From Phallusia mammillata (Eukaryota): 64,000 nt of DNA. This document shows, one piece after another, positions 25,952-36,541 of the stretch. Both the position numbers and the translations under genes were made by a program. The notes under the pieces were generated by a model. The model was not told the DNA's origin, searched no databases, and saw only the letters and a program-made list of their open reading frames with translations. The stretch is taken from contig OZ281495.1 of NCBI GenBank assembly GCA_965637545.1, positions 21,452,001 to 21,516,000 of the forward strand. The letters run 5' to 3'. The first letter of the stretch is position 1. Each line of letters starts with the position of its first letter.

Positions 25952-28900
25952 TAACGATCTCAAGCTCGGCAGCCTTGAGTTCAATAACGGTCAGTTGCCC
26001 AGTAGGTACTTTGTATTTGGCAGAAAACCTCCTTGACATCAACATCGACTTGAATCTGAACAACCAGCTTACAGCCCTTTTCAGTCGATTGAGTGATGAG
26101 TATCTGGCAATGAGTCGATCCGTAGCGGACTCGCTGGCGACCAGACAAACAGTTTGAGTTTCTTTCTTGGCCAGAAGAAACTCAAATGGCAATGTCGACA
26201 AGTCTGGACAGGAGGGCCATGCATCTTCTTGCTCCCAAATAAACTGTGTCCAGTAAGCCATCGGCTTGACCTAAGGAATATATTCACACTGAGTCCACGA
26301 GACGCCTCGTCCGCTGGATTTACCTTGGTGCTGACGTGTCTCCATTGACTAGGTCGGGAAGCATCCTCGATTTTTGCCAAGCGATTTGCAACAAACACTG
26401 GAAAGCGCTTATTGCAGTTTCGAATACTTTGGAGAACCGCAGTCGAATCCGTCCAGAACACGGTTGGCATTCGTCCAGTTGCAGTTCCTTTCTCATAAGT
26501 CGATCCAACTTGGCTGCAACAACGGCCGCCGTCAGTTCCAGGCGGGGAATCGAACATGTCTTCAGGGGGGCAAAGCGTGCTTTGCCTATTACAAACGAGC
26601 AGTGAATGCGTCCTCGCTCGTCTACCAGATAGGTCACCGCACCGTAAGCTGTAGATGACGCATCTGCAAAAAGGTGCAATTCCGTTTTTCGCACCTTACC
26701 AAAATCGTGGGGCTTCACACATCTTGGCAGAACGACGTCTCCTAACCGCGGTAGTTGCTGCAACCATTTTGCCCACGTTTCGGAGTCTTCATCGGAAAGC
26801 ACGTCGTCCCATCCCAGCTGCTTTCTGCAGAGGTCTCTTTGCATCGTCTTGGCCACCACGATCACAGGCGCTGCAAAGCCAAGAGGATCGTATAAGGAAC
26901 TTACCACCGACAGGATTGACCTTCTGGTGTAGGCTGTAGGCTGCTTTACATCGACATTGAAACCGAACTCGTCCGACGAAACGTTCCATCGAACGCCAAG
27001 GACCCTTTCGCACGAGGAACCATCAACGTCCAGCTCCTTCACCGATTTAGCCCGTTCCTCTTCATCAATAGACGCGAGAACTCGCTCGCTGTTGCTAAGC
27101 CACTTGGTTAGCCGAAATCCCTTCTTCTTAAGAAGTGCACGGATACCTTTGACCAACTGAACTGATTCTCCTTCAGTCGACACGGATTTTAAACAGTCGT
27201 CAACGTATAAATTCTTTTCTACAGTCTCGACGACATCATTAGGAAATCCTCTTCGCAAATCATCAGCGGCTTGTTTAAGACAAAAACTCGCACAGGAAGG
27301 TGAGGAAGTTGCTCCAAACAAATAAACAAGCATCCTGTGCGCGGTGGGCTTCTTCGACACATCGCCATCAGGCCACCACAAGAACCGAAGTGCATCACAA
27401 TCTGTCGGCATCACACGGATCTGATGAAACATGGCCTCCACGTCGGCCACAAGAGCTACCTTTTCCATCCGAAACCTTAAAAGAACTCCTTAAGGAATTG
27501 GTCAGATCCGGACCCTGCAGTAAAGCATCATCCAACGACTGGTCGCGGTATTTGACGGCACAGTCAAAATAAACCCGCACTTTACCGGGCTTATGTGGAT
27601 TTGTAACAGGCTGATGCGGCAGGTTCCATACTACCTGGAACTTCTTCGGCATGGCCTTTAGCTATATAACCTGTACCGTCTTTGTATACGGATCACGTAG
27701 CACGGCGTCGCGTCTTAGGCGACGTTCCAAAGAACACAAACGGTTTAGCGCCATGTCCCGGTTGCACCGAAGCGGTTGTGCGTTCGGGCGCCATGACAAC
27801 CGCAACTCATAATGACCTTGCTTGAATTGTACACTTGTTTTCATTTTATCTAAGACGTACCGGTCTTCATGCGACATAGGCATCGCGTCGGCGTTAGTGT
27901 TAACTTCTCGTGCAGCGAATCATCGGCAGCATGAGTAAAGTTGACGGAAAACAAATTGGTTGACTTCTTAGAGACAGGTCCTGCCAATGCCCATCCAAGT
28001 GGAACTCTAAATGCAACAGGTTGCTTCGGTTTTCCCTTTCGTACCTCTTGCACGAGAAAGGCCTCTGGAACGTTCAGCCCGATGAGCAGCAAAGCTTCAC
28101 TGCAATCTACCAGTGGGAATGACAAGTATCTGATATGTGGCAGCGCATCCAATTCCGCGTTTCTCGGAAACTTGTTGGTGGTAATAGGCAGACAATCAAC
28201 AACGAACACCTCAGGAAGTTCCACAGTTGTGGAGCCATCGAGCGAAGCAACAGATAAATTTACTCTTTTGCCCTCGCGCTTGCGACCGTCCCCGTTGACC
28301 GTTTTGAGCGTCACGTTGCTAGGTTCACCTCGCAGTCCCAGCTTGTCCGTCAGTTTCTTGTCGCTCAAAGTAATGCCCGAGCCAGTATCTAAAAGAGCGT
28401 ACGTAGCCCTACCGTTAGCACGGACTTTGACCGCAACCATCATCAAGTTGACGCGCTGTCTACCAGAGGAAGCATGACAGTCCTTTCCAGTCGCCGACAC
28501 AACCGAACAAACTGTCCGTTCCGGCGCAGGTCCTTTGACAGAAGAGAAGGTGTGATGGGCTTCATTACAGTCCCTCACGTTACACGCTTTGGGGCTGTTG
28601 CACTTAGTGGCAAAGTGCCCAAATCTGAAACAGTTATCACAGAGTCTGCGGCGCCGGGTGACGCGCAGACGGTCACGATAAGATCGGGATTTAAAATCCT
28701 CGCACTCAGCAAGCCCGTGGTTTCCCCAACAGCACTGGCACAACGGGGTAGTGGATGGTCCAGCACGAGCCTTAGACCTAGATTCTTGTTCGCTTACAAC
28801 GACATGACTGGAAGCCTTTACGTGACTACTTTTACCTTTCGCCTTCTTAACTTCGTTGCGATGCTCATCAAGCATGCGGCTGAACAACGAATTTGCAATC

Positions 28901-30230
28901 CGATCATTAGTTTCCACGAAATCTACAAGATGCTCAAACAAAGGTTCACGGCCAGTATCCCTGAGTATTTTCTCAACACGCCTTTTCCCAGCCTCTTGCA
29001 TCTTGAACGGTAGACGATTCACAACAGCAATCAACGTAGGGTAATTATTCATCTCGGAATGCTCGTCAATGTCTGAAAGTGTAAGTAAACAATCGCGCAG
29101 CGACTGCGCAAACTCGCTTAAACCAGCAGCATCGTTCGGTCGCAATTCTGGACCATTGACAACACACCTTATACATGCATGATTATATGTGATTTGCCAA
29201 AGTGGTCGTACAGTAACTGTCTCGCTTGTTGGTACCCGTTTTCCTTTAGTCTAAAGCAGTGTTCAATCAATTTACGGGCTTTGCCATCACAATGCTGCGC
29301 CAAATATGACAATTTGGCACCGTCGTCATCGACCTTGTCGTCGATACGAGAATCGAAATTGCGAACAAACTTCCAATAGTCCATTGGATTGCCGTCAAAA
29401 ACGAGAACTTTAGGCTTTGGTCTGTTTATGTGCTTTACAAGTGATGCAATCTCATTGTCATGCACGCCAGTTGGCTTGGCTGAATCATATGTACAAATAT
29501 TATTTACAATTGGGTTTGTTGCTGTGAAAGAACCTCTTTCGTCAAACGAAGATTTAATTTTAGGCGCATTTTGCGACAGGGATTTAGGCGGAGCAATACA
29601 GTCAACCACATACCGCTGGTCCGGAGGGCTTCGCTGTGACGTGACAGGTGGTGACGTGAACAGAACGCGACGTTGATCCTCGAGAGTCTTCTCTTGGGGA
29701 AGGCGTGGTCGTTTCACCAGAACCTTCCTTCACTGTCACGTACTCCGTGTTTCCTGACATATCGTCCAAAACCTTCTCTTCAACCTCTCCGGCTTGTACA
29801 CTGTTAAAAAAGTTCGTAAATTTTACTGTGTGCGGCCGCGTAAGATTTTTCAGTAAAATCGTTTTACACATGCTATTCCGTAAAAACGGCGTGGTTTCGT
29901 TGGTGCGGGAAAGCCAACCAATCACAATCGCGCAATTTCTTTTTTCTCTTTTGTCTAAGAGAGTTCTTTCAGAAGTTACGGGCAAAGTTGTATGCGAGGT
30001 GATGTTGTCTGCTCGATTAAAAGTAAAGTGTGAATTTGCGTTTTTACGTCTATTGCCTAATTTTCCATCCTAATTTTGTGTGTAAGTAACAAATTAAGGT
30101 TTACAAGTTAAACTGGCGATGCAGTAGCTGTGTAAGACGCCAATACAGGTAAGTGGTATGTAAACAACTAGACAAGTTATATTGATACCTGTATTTAAAT
30201 GGTTATTGTGTTGAAGAAAGTTTTAGGAAT

Positions 30231-30930
30231 ATGGATAGTGAATATAATTTTGTATGTGCTTTGGAGACATGTAAAATGTGTTTTGATTCCATTGGACCCC
30301 TAGTCAAACATATCAAACAACATTTGCGATTGGGGTTTGAAGTTGCCTGTCCTGTTTCAACATGTAACAAAAAGTACAGAATCGTGTCATCTTTTTCATC
30401 CCACTTGTCACATGGTTAACAGTAAGGACATTGCTCAATCTCAAGTCGAACCAGAAAATGTGTTATGCTAACTTCTTCAAAATTCCAAGGTGTCACTCAC
30501 TGTTTTTTTAAGGTTTGGTTGGGTGACCGCTAAGTAGTTTTAAGAGACCACAAGTGTTTCATTTAAATACCAAAAATAGCCAAGTCCAAATTTTGGCAAA
30601 CCGCTGGAGAAATTTGACACCTTAAAAAAACACTGGGTGTCACTTATGTTGCAGGCATGCTTGTTGTTTTATCAAAATTTGGGTATGATTTACAAGTGGG
30701 AGTTATACATGGCATTTTTATTGTAGAATCCAAACTGTACTTTGTTGTTTTCTCTAAATTTGCTCATTTTTCCCCATACAACATGGTGTATATTAACTCA
30801 ATAATCATGATGGTGCCTTCACATGTTTTTGCATTGATAAACTGTATAACAAATTGCCACTGAATGTATATGCCATTGACCAAAAAAACAATGTTTGTTT
30901 TAAAACAATGCATCTGTGTTCAGGTTCATT
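30231..30930 (+). pseudogene. Remnants of the EnSpm-type transposase gene (N-terminal C2H2-like fingers and extreme C-terminus only)
   Basis: CALETC..HIKQH and CPVSTC..HLSH motifs at 30231-30419; C-terminal-like VGVIHGIFIVESKLYF and KLPLNVYAI segments in shifted frames; no catalytic core between them. Confidence 0.55.
30498..30635. mobile_element. 138-bp MITE with 9-bp TSD, nested in the EnSpm element
   Basis: TIR cactgtttttttaagg / ccttaaaaaaacactg (1 mismatch); identical 9-bp flanks ggtgtcact at 30489-30497 and 30636-30644. Confidence 0.82.
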
Positions 30931-30942
30931 TTATGGTTAAAA

Positions 30943-32799
30943 ATGGAGGCTACTTTGTTAAAACTACTTCCAGAGTTGGAGGAAAATCCTGCCAAGTTCG
31001 AGGAATGTGTTTCACACTTGCACACCCTTGGTGTTCGGGATGCAAGTGATTTGCAGCATCTAGAGTTGGAGGATCTGCTCATAAAGTTTAATCTTGTGCA
31101 AGCAAGAAAACTACTCAAAGCAGCTAATATGCAGCCAGGTATTTTGTTGTTCATTTGTAAGGTCACAGCACATGTTATTTTGTTACTTTTTTAGTTTCAT
31201 CAAATTCTGGATTTTCAACGGAACCACTTGAGTCCGAACTTAACACCAGCTTTAGTAGTAGTGAAGGATCAATGCAGTGGATTTACACCTTTAAAATTCC
31301 TTGGGGCCGATGCTCTCCTGTACTTATACAATGTCTGGAAAATGGCCATGTGCCAAAGATAATGGAAAGAAAAGAGTTGATTCACAAAACAATTGAAGAA
31401 GTATTAAAAGTATGTACATTAATTTCTTTGCTCTTTTAGGTAATATCTGCAGCACATGTGTTTTAATTGTTTTTAGCTGACACAAAAGCCTGGAAGAAAA
31501 AATCTAGATAAAATTGCCTACCGCATTGTATCAAAATATCCAAAATCCTTTCTTGACATGGTGGATGGGGTTCCTATTGGAAATGGCCATACTTCCATTT
31601 CCAATCAGTTATTTTATCGCTGGGAAAATGTGGTGAGAAAAAAACGAAAACTTGATCAACTAAATGAACCAACTTCCCAACAATCCACTACAATTATTGA
31701 TGATGATAGTGTAAACACTACAACATTTCAAAATTGGTTAAAAACTGAATTTACAAAACAAGACCAAAACATGAACAAAGTATTAGAGCTGATGAAAAGA
31801 ACCTTTTCCCAACAAAGAGATGATATTAACACAAATGTTCCAGTAACAGAGATTTTAAAAAAATGGCCATTTTTGACCAACTCACAATGTCTATTTCAAC
31901 ATTATGAGCAGCTTATGACTTTAAACTATGGTGCCGAGGAAATTCCAGTGAGAATGTCAAATCGAAGCTTTCGAACATACAAGTAATGATTATTTTTAAA
32001 CTTAGATTACTTGTATGTTATAGGTAACCTTACACATTTGTTGCAGAGCTTTAAAGGCAATGGCAAAGCCATTAGTTGCTGCCACCATTCACAAAATAAA
32101 ATTTTGGAACTTCTGGGCAGTTACTTCAATGAAAATCAATCACAAATTTTAAAGTGCATTCATGTATGTATATAATTTGAACATTTTGTATTTTGTATCT
32201 TTATGTATCTACTTGTTTTACAGGATGACTCACCACTGCAGGACACAATTGAAAATGGTGACCCAAATCCTTTTATAATTGCTACAGGTATGATATGTTA
32301 TAAATGGTAATGTGTGCTCAATTATTTAGTCTGATGATGTGTTGCTCTTTACAATTCCAGGCAATTCACCGGCATCAGCCAACAAGTTCTTACTAATTGT
32401 TGAAAGAAACCAGATTTATGAATGCTGTGACTATTTTACAGCTTTTGCTGGCCTCTTTTGCTCATTCTATGTGTTTAACATACAGTATCCTCGAAGTTCA
32501 CAGGCATCTCTGGAATTTATCCAACGGTTAGCAAGTTCTTGTTAATAAATATATATGTGTGTGGGGGGGGGGGGTATAAATATATTTTACAAGGTTTAAT
32601 TTTGATAAACTCTATTTGGTAAAACTGAACTTTATAAGTGTCTGGTTCTTGAAAAAAAAAACGTTATCTTTTGTGCAGGTACTTTGCTGAAATCAATGGA
32701 TCAGGAACTAAGGGGAAACGAAGGTGTGTAGGTGGAACGCACCCAAAAGTGCTGGCCCTTGGCAGGCTAATCCAGTCTGCTCAGAATAGTGCTGCTTGA
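30943..32799 (+). CDS. Multi-exon second gene of the EnSpm-type element (N-terminal SAM-like helical region; resembles SAMD3-like transposon proteins); probable frameshift near 31930-31980
   Basis: Exons with canonical splice sites encode MEATLLKLLPELEE...DLQHLELEDLL...QARKLL, WIYTFKIPW, IVSKYPKSFLD, KKWPFL, LLGSYFNE, FAGLFCSFYVFNIQYP..SLEFIQRYF..IN; stop TGA 32797-32799. The phase at the ~31982 donor does not fit the next exon without a frameshift. Confidence 0.7.
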
Positions 32800-33133
32800 T
32801 TTTCACTGCATATCACTCGGTGTTCGTTAAAATAAACATGTACTTGACAGTCATTGTGGTGCAGTATTTTACAGGTAGTTTTACAGTAAAATTTACCAGG
32901 ATATTTTGGGTAAAAACTGCTGCCAGTGGTTTAGCACGTAAATTTTAACGTGATTATGGCAGTAATTTTTACTGGGATCGGACGCGTATTTCTTACTGTA
33001 AAATTCACGTATTTTTATTGTTTTTACGTGAAAATACACGTAAGTTTTTACTGTGAAAGTCGCAGTAAATTTTACGTGTTAAACATGTAAAAACTGCTGC
33101 CAGTGGTTTTCACAGTAAATTTTTTTAACAGTG

Positions 33134-33422
33134 TAGCTGGTGCTGCAGTTTTAGCATCTCCAAGTCGTCCTTCTGGCGCTGTTCCTCTTCAGCTATATGT
33201 TCTTTATCTTCTTCAGCGCGACGAATCTCTTCCTCGGCGCTTCGCCTTTTCAATTCTTCGTGCTGTCTGGCTAGCTCCTGCTTCTGCGCTGTCTGTTGAA
33301 TAGCAAGACGCGCAAGCTGCGTAGTTACTTTAACTCTAGTTCTACTGTTAGTCGAGGAACTAGAGCGCCTACTTCGTACGCAAAAGGAGTCGTTGTCCCC
33401 CGGAATCTTATCATCGCTTCCA
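33134..33422 (-). pseudogene. Displaced coiled-coil segment of BEL gag
   Basis: Translates ...SRRSSSSTNSRTRVKVTTQLARLAIQQTAQKQELARQHEELKRRSAEEE...LKLQHQL, in frame with 29798 downward once the EnSpm element is removed. Confidence 0.85.
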
Positions 33423-34566
33423 CCCCTTTAAAAATTTCTGGATACGCCCCTGCATCAACCTAATTTCTTCGTATTAGACCTGCTCATTTTAAATAACATC
33501 AGTATCAACTTTATCTGTAGAAGCGAATTTTCGTATTTTTTTGTAATCTACTTATTCTAATTCACTCAAGTCAGCGTTAGATGTAGAAGTTTATTTGCAT
33601 CACAGTTTTGTAGTTTTTATTACATTCCAAGGCTAGTTTACAGTGTTTTGTTTTAGTCTTGAACCGCGCCAGCCAGGCAACAGATCGTTGAAACACGTTA
33701 CGCTGGACTGCGTTAGCGACATGGAAACACGACCAATTTTTGGCGCTAAATTCAAAACATGGACAAAAAGTTTTGGGCTAAGACCAAACGCGACATGGAA
33801 ACATAGTATAAATGGACCCTTGTGGTACTAAGGCTAGTACTAGTACTTGGGGATACAGCACTACATGTAGGAGTAACAGCACTGTCATCAGCTCTTTCTC
33901 TTTTCCAAGATGTAACTCCTCTAAGTGCAGATCTTTTACTTTTTTTGGCATTTTATTTTTGCAGTTATTAACAACAGTATTGGTAAGCCATTGCTATAGT
34001 AACAGAGTCAAACGTATCTGTTAATGAGCAATTAGACTACTGGTTCACTAAGCCAAGTGTTTGCCTAGAAAAATATAATCATGAGTAAAGCTTTTTCTAG
34101 TTCGAAAAATTCCTAGCACAAAGAGCAACACCTTCTCATACCACAACCTCACTGATACTGAGTTCACCAGAAAAACAAAGATCAGTTTCTCGCTCCAGCG
34201 AAAACCTGTTGGAAATGGTTGAATCTAGCTGTTTGAGTTATTTTTTCCTCAAGGGACTTGTGTTTGTAAGAGAGAACCATGTTTTGTGTGCTTTACGTGG
34301 TTCTCTCTTACAACTGGGGGTGTCCCTGAAGGTCTTAGGTGCCTCACTTTGAAGTGAGTTTTGACAAATAAATAATTTAAATTATGAAAAAAGGCTTACA
34401 GATTCAGAATCCTGATAAAATTTCCTTTTTTATGAGAACAAAAAACGTTTTTTTGAAAAATATTGACTTTTAACCAGAAGTGTACCGTTAAGTCATTTTG
34501 CCGCCCCCTTGCAGCCCGCCGCCCCTGGCGCAGAGCCAGAACCGCCAAGTGGCTGCTACGCCACTG
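33423..34566. mobile_element. hAT-type fragments interrupting BEL gag (two same-facing termini)
   Basis: Terminus ggatacgcccctg ends at 33452 and terminus gctacgccactg ends at 34566 (reverse complements caggggcgtatcc and cagtggcgtagc); AT-rich sequence between; partner ends not found. Confidence 0.6.
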
Positions 34567-34856
34567 GGTAAAACACTGCTAGATGTGGAATTTACCTCAC
34601 GAACCCAGTGAGAAACTCGGTCATCGAATTCGGCCTTGTTTTTCCTCACGCTTGCTAGTTCGTCGGCAAGATTGGGATGCGCCTCATAGGCAGCAACAGC
34701 ATCGACAAAAAGATGTTCGAGTGCAACCAAAACCGTCTCGAGCACCTGCTTGTTGCGGTGGTCCTTCATCAGACACTCGGCGACTAGGTATTGTTCGCTT
34801 AGACGTCGATGACAATCAGCGACCGCTTCAGGAGTTGTAACGTTTGGTTGGCTCAT
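34567..34856 (-). pseudogene. Probable N-terminus of BEL gag
   Basis: ATG at 34856, GC-rich helical ORF MSQPNV...KNKAEFDDRVSHWVREVNSTSSSVL, cut by the hAT terminus at 34566; same strand as, and upstream of, the rest of gag. Confidence 0.65.
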
Positions 34857-34892
34857 CCTGGACCGCTTAAATATTTAACAAACGGTTAAACT

Positions 34893-35276
34893 TGTCTTCA
34901 ATACACAGTTGAAGCTTCTTTCAACAAACAGTTGAAATTTGATTTCAACTGTAATGTTCTGTTCAACGATCAGTTGAAACTTCAGTTCAAGAAGCAGTTG
35001 AAACTTGATTTCAGCTGTAAACTTCTGTTCAACGAACAGTTGAATCTTTCTTTCAGGAAGCAGTTGAAACTTGATTTCAACTGCAGATTGTGTTCAACAC
35101 CCAGTTGAAACTAGATTTCAACAAACAGTTGAAACGTTCATGTAACGTCGCGTGAACGCGCCCCGGTTACAGCGCGGAACGTCACACGAGGGGGATTGAA
35201 ACGCTGACGAGGACGGTGGGGGGGCGATAGAAACGATAGGAAACGAATCGGAAACGAATAGGAAACGGTTTCTACA
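34893..35276 (-). repeat. Probable 5' LTR/leader of the BEL element
   Basis: Minus strand begins TGTAGAAAC and could end ...GAAGACA (TG..CA) just upstream of the gag ATG. No second LTR or canonical TGG PBS is visible, so the inner boundary is uncertain (alternative end at 35141). Confidence 0.5.
34906..35135. repeat. Higher-order tandem array of palindromic CAGTTGAA units
   Basis: CAGTTGAA starts at 34906, 34929, 34971, 34995, 35037, 35061, 35102 and 35126 (spacings 23,42,24,42,24,41,24); units of the type cagttgaaa-N5-tttcaactg. Confidence 0.92.
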
Positions 35277-35395
35277 TAAAGCATGACATTAACACTGCAC
35301 TTTAAATGTAGACTCAAAGTTTACCAACTGTTATGGAAACCGGAAGAAAATATATTACATGGGCAATCCCAGAAATGACTGTCAAACACCTGGAA

Positions 35396-35842
35396 CAGTG
35401 GTTCTCAACCGGGGGTCCGCAAAGCGTTTTCAGGGGGTCCGCGACAACTTCCTAATTTTGCAGATAACGATATTAATAAAGCGCCATTTAAAAAATATGT
35501 CTCAGCGTTTTAAAATAGCATAAAATTTGTTTAAAATCGTTCTTCATAGGCGACGAACTAAAATGCATTGTGACATTTTAACCCCATTGTGGTGCAACAG
35601 AGGTAGATTTTCAGTGGCAAACACAATGTAATGGCTCTTTATTATTGAGTTCCGATGTCGCAGCCCAGTCAAAGTGATTGAAATTTTGGTCCTGGACCAA
35701 ACGTGGTTGGTATATTCTGCACCTTTTTTGGGTTGCTTGTTAATAAAAAAAAAGACAAAAAATACCAAAACGTTCAAAGGGGTCCGCGATTAGCTTGTCA
35801 TCCAAAAGGGGTCCGCAAAGGCAAAAAGGTTGAGAACCACTG
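35396..35842. mobile_element. hAT (Buster/Charlie-type) MITE
   Basis: TIR cagtggttctcaacc / ggttgagaaccactg; flanks acctggaa / acctagat (6 of 8 match); ggggtccgc subterminal repeats. Confidence 0.88.
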
Positions 35843-36061
35843 ACCTAGATACACAATAATGCATGAGACTACAATATGCCATTATGACGTCATACACAAT
35901 GCTTACCAATCTATGTAGAGCGACAGTGTAAAAAATCACGCTTCATGCGAGTATCGTACAAGAACGCTGCGTAAACAATAACAACTTTAGCAACGTGAAT
36001 GAACCCAACTACAAGTAGAGCACAACCTCGTCAGGATCGATAACGAGTTTTTAAATCCAAC

Positions 36062-36103
36062 CATAGTCTTTACATAGGCCACCGTTTGTATGTAAAGACT
36101 ATG
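36062..36103. repeat. Perfect 15-bp inverted repeat (42-bp hairpin / micro-MITE)
   Basis: catagtctttacata (36062-36076) and tatgtaaagactatg (36089-36103), 12-nt spacer. Confidence 0.85.
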
Positions 36104-36541
36104 ACCCAACTCCCAAATCAACTAGTCCTCGATTCTTGTTGCAATGTGCATTTGTCCTGTGTTTTCGTATCTCACAAAGGGTTGTCATACCTTCAGCGTC
36201 GATAAAATCCATTACAATACAATATTTTGTCGCAAAAAATGTAAAAAATAAAGTGACGAAACATAGGATAAGGTCCAGTGAGTTGGCACGGTTCAATAAT
36301 TTCACATTGCGACGCGTCATCCAGTACCGGCGCTGCCGCTGAAGCAAATTGCGGAGTCGTGATTTTACCGATTTATTTTGACAGCTTAAAGTACGACGCA
36401 ACTGAAGGACGAAGCGCAACTGCATGGTTCGATAGGGGTTGAACTACTATCGCCTCTTGAAAAGTGGATTTTCTTTTTGCATGGTTGTCGTTCACAGTTA
36501 ATACATTTTTGTGTATGTTTGTTTTGGACTATTTTCCAACA

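Larger units (their letters stand above)
25040..29798 (-). pseudogene. BEL/Pao gag-pol pseudogene, main block
   Basis: ORF-track fragments 29169-29717, 27850-29145, 27662-27883, 27395-27652, 26320-27468, 26081-26557, 25923-26261, 25216-25632 and 24897-25340 are successive frameshifted pieces of one polyprotein. Confidence 0.92.
29799..33133 (+). mobile_element. EnSpm/CACTA-type DNA transposon (internally deleted) inserted in BEL gag
   Basis: TIR cactgttaaaaaa (29799) / ttttttaacagtg (33133), 2-bp TA duplication (29797-98, 33134-35), dense gtaaa/tttac subterminal repeats at both ends. Excision restores the gag frame ...MLKLQHQL-QAGEVEEKV. Confidence 0.9.
25040..35276 (-). mobile_element. Decayed BEL/Pao LTR retrotransposon, interrupted by nested insertions, 3' end (integrase C-terminus and 3' LTR) deleted
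   Basis: Minus-strand frames give the order gag (FDGNPMDYWKF; Cys/His knuckles), protease (ALLDTGS), RT ([16 protein letters not shown]), RNase H (LHLFADASSTAYG, IPRLEL, NPADEASRG), integrase (HDEVGYSG, VDYFG, SDNGTN), with several frameshifts. Confidence 0.93.

Noticed and set aside
24897-30073. Numerous plus-strand and alternative-frame ORFs of 60-180 aa over the BEL element
   Set aside because: Shadow ORFs of GC-richer retrotransposon coding sequence; no independent motifs.
30112-30141. tggcg...cgcca as the BEL primer-binding site
   Set aside because: It lies inside the EnSpm element, not at the BEL 5' end.
34906-35135. CRISPR-like array of palindromic repeats
   Set aside because: The intervening sequences are themselves repetitive and strictly alternate in length; eukaryotic retrotransposon context and no cas genes.
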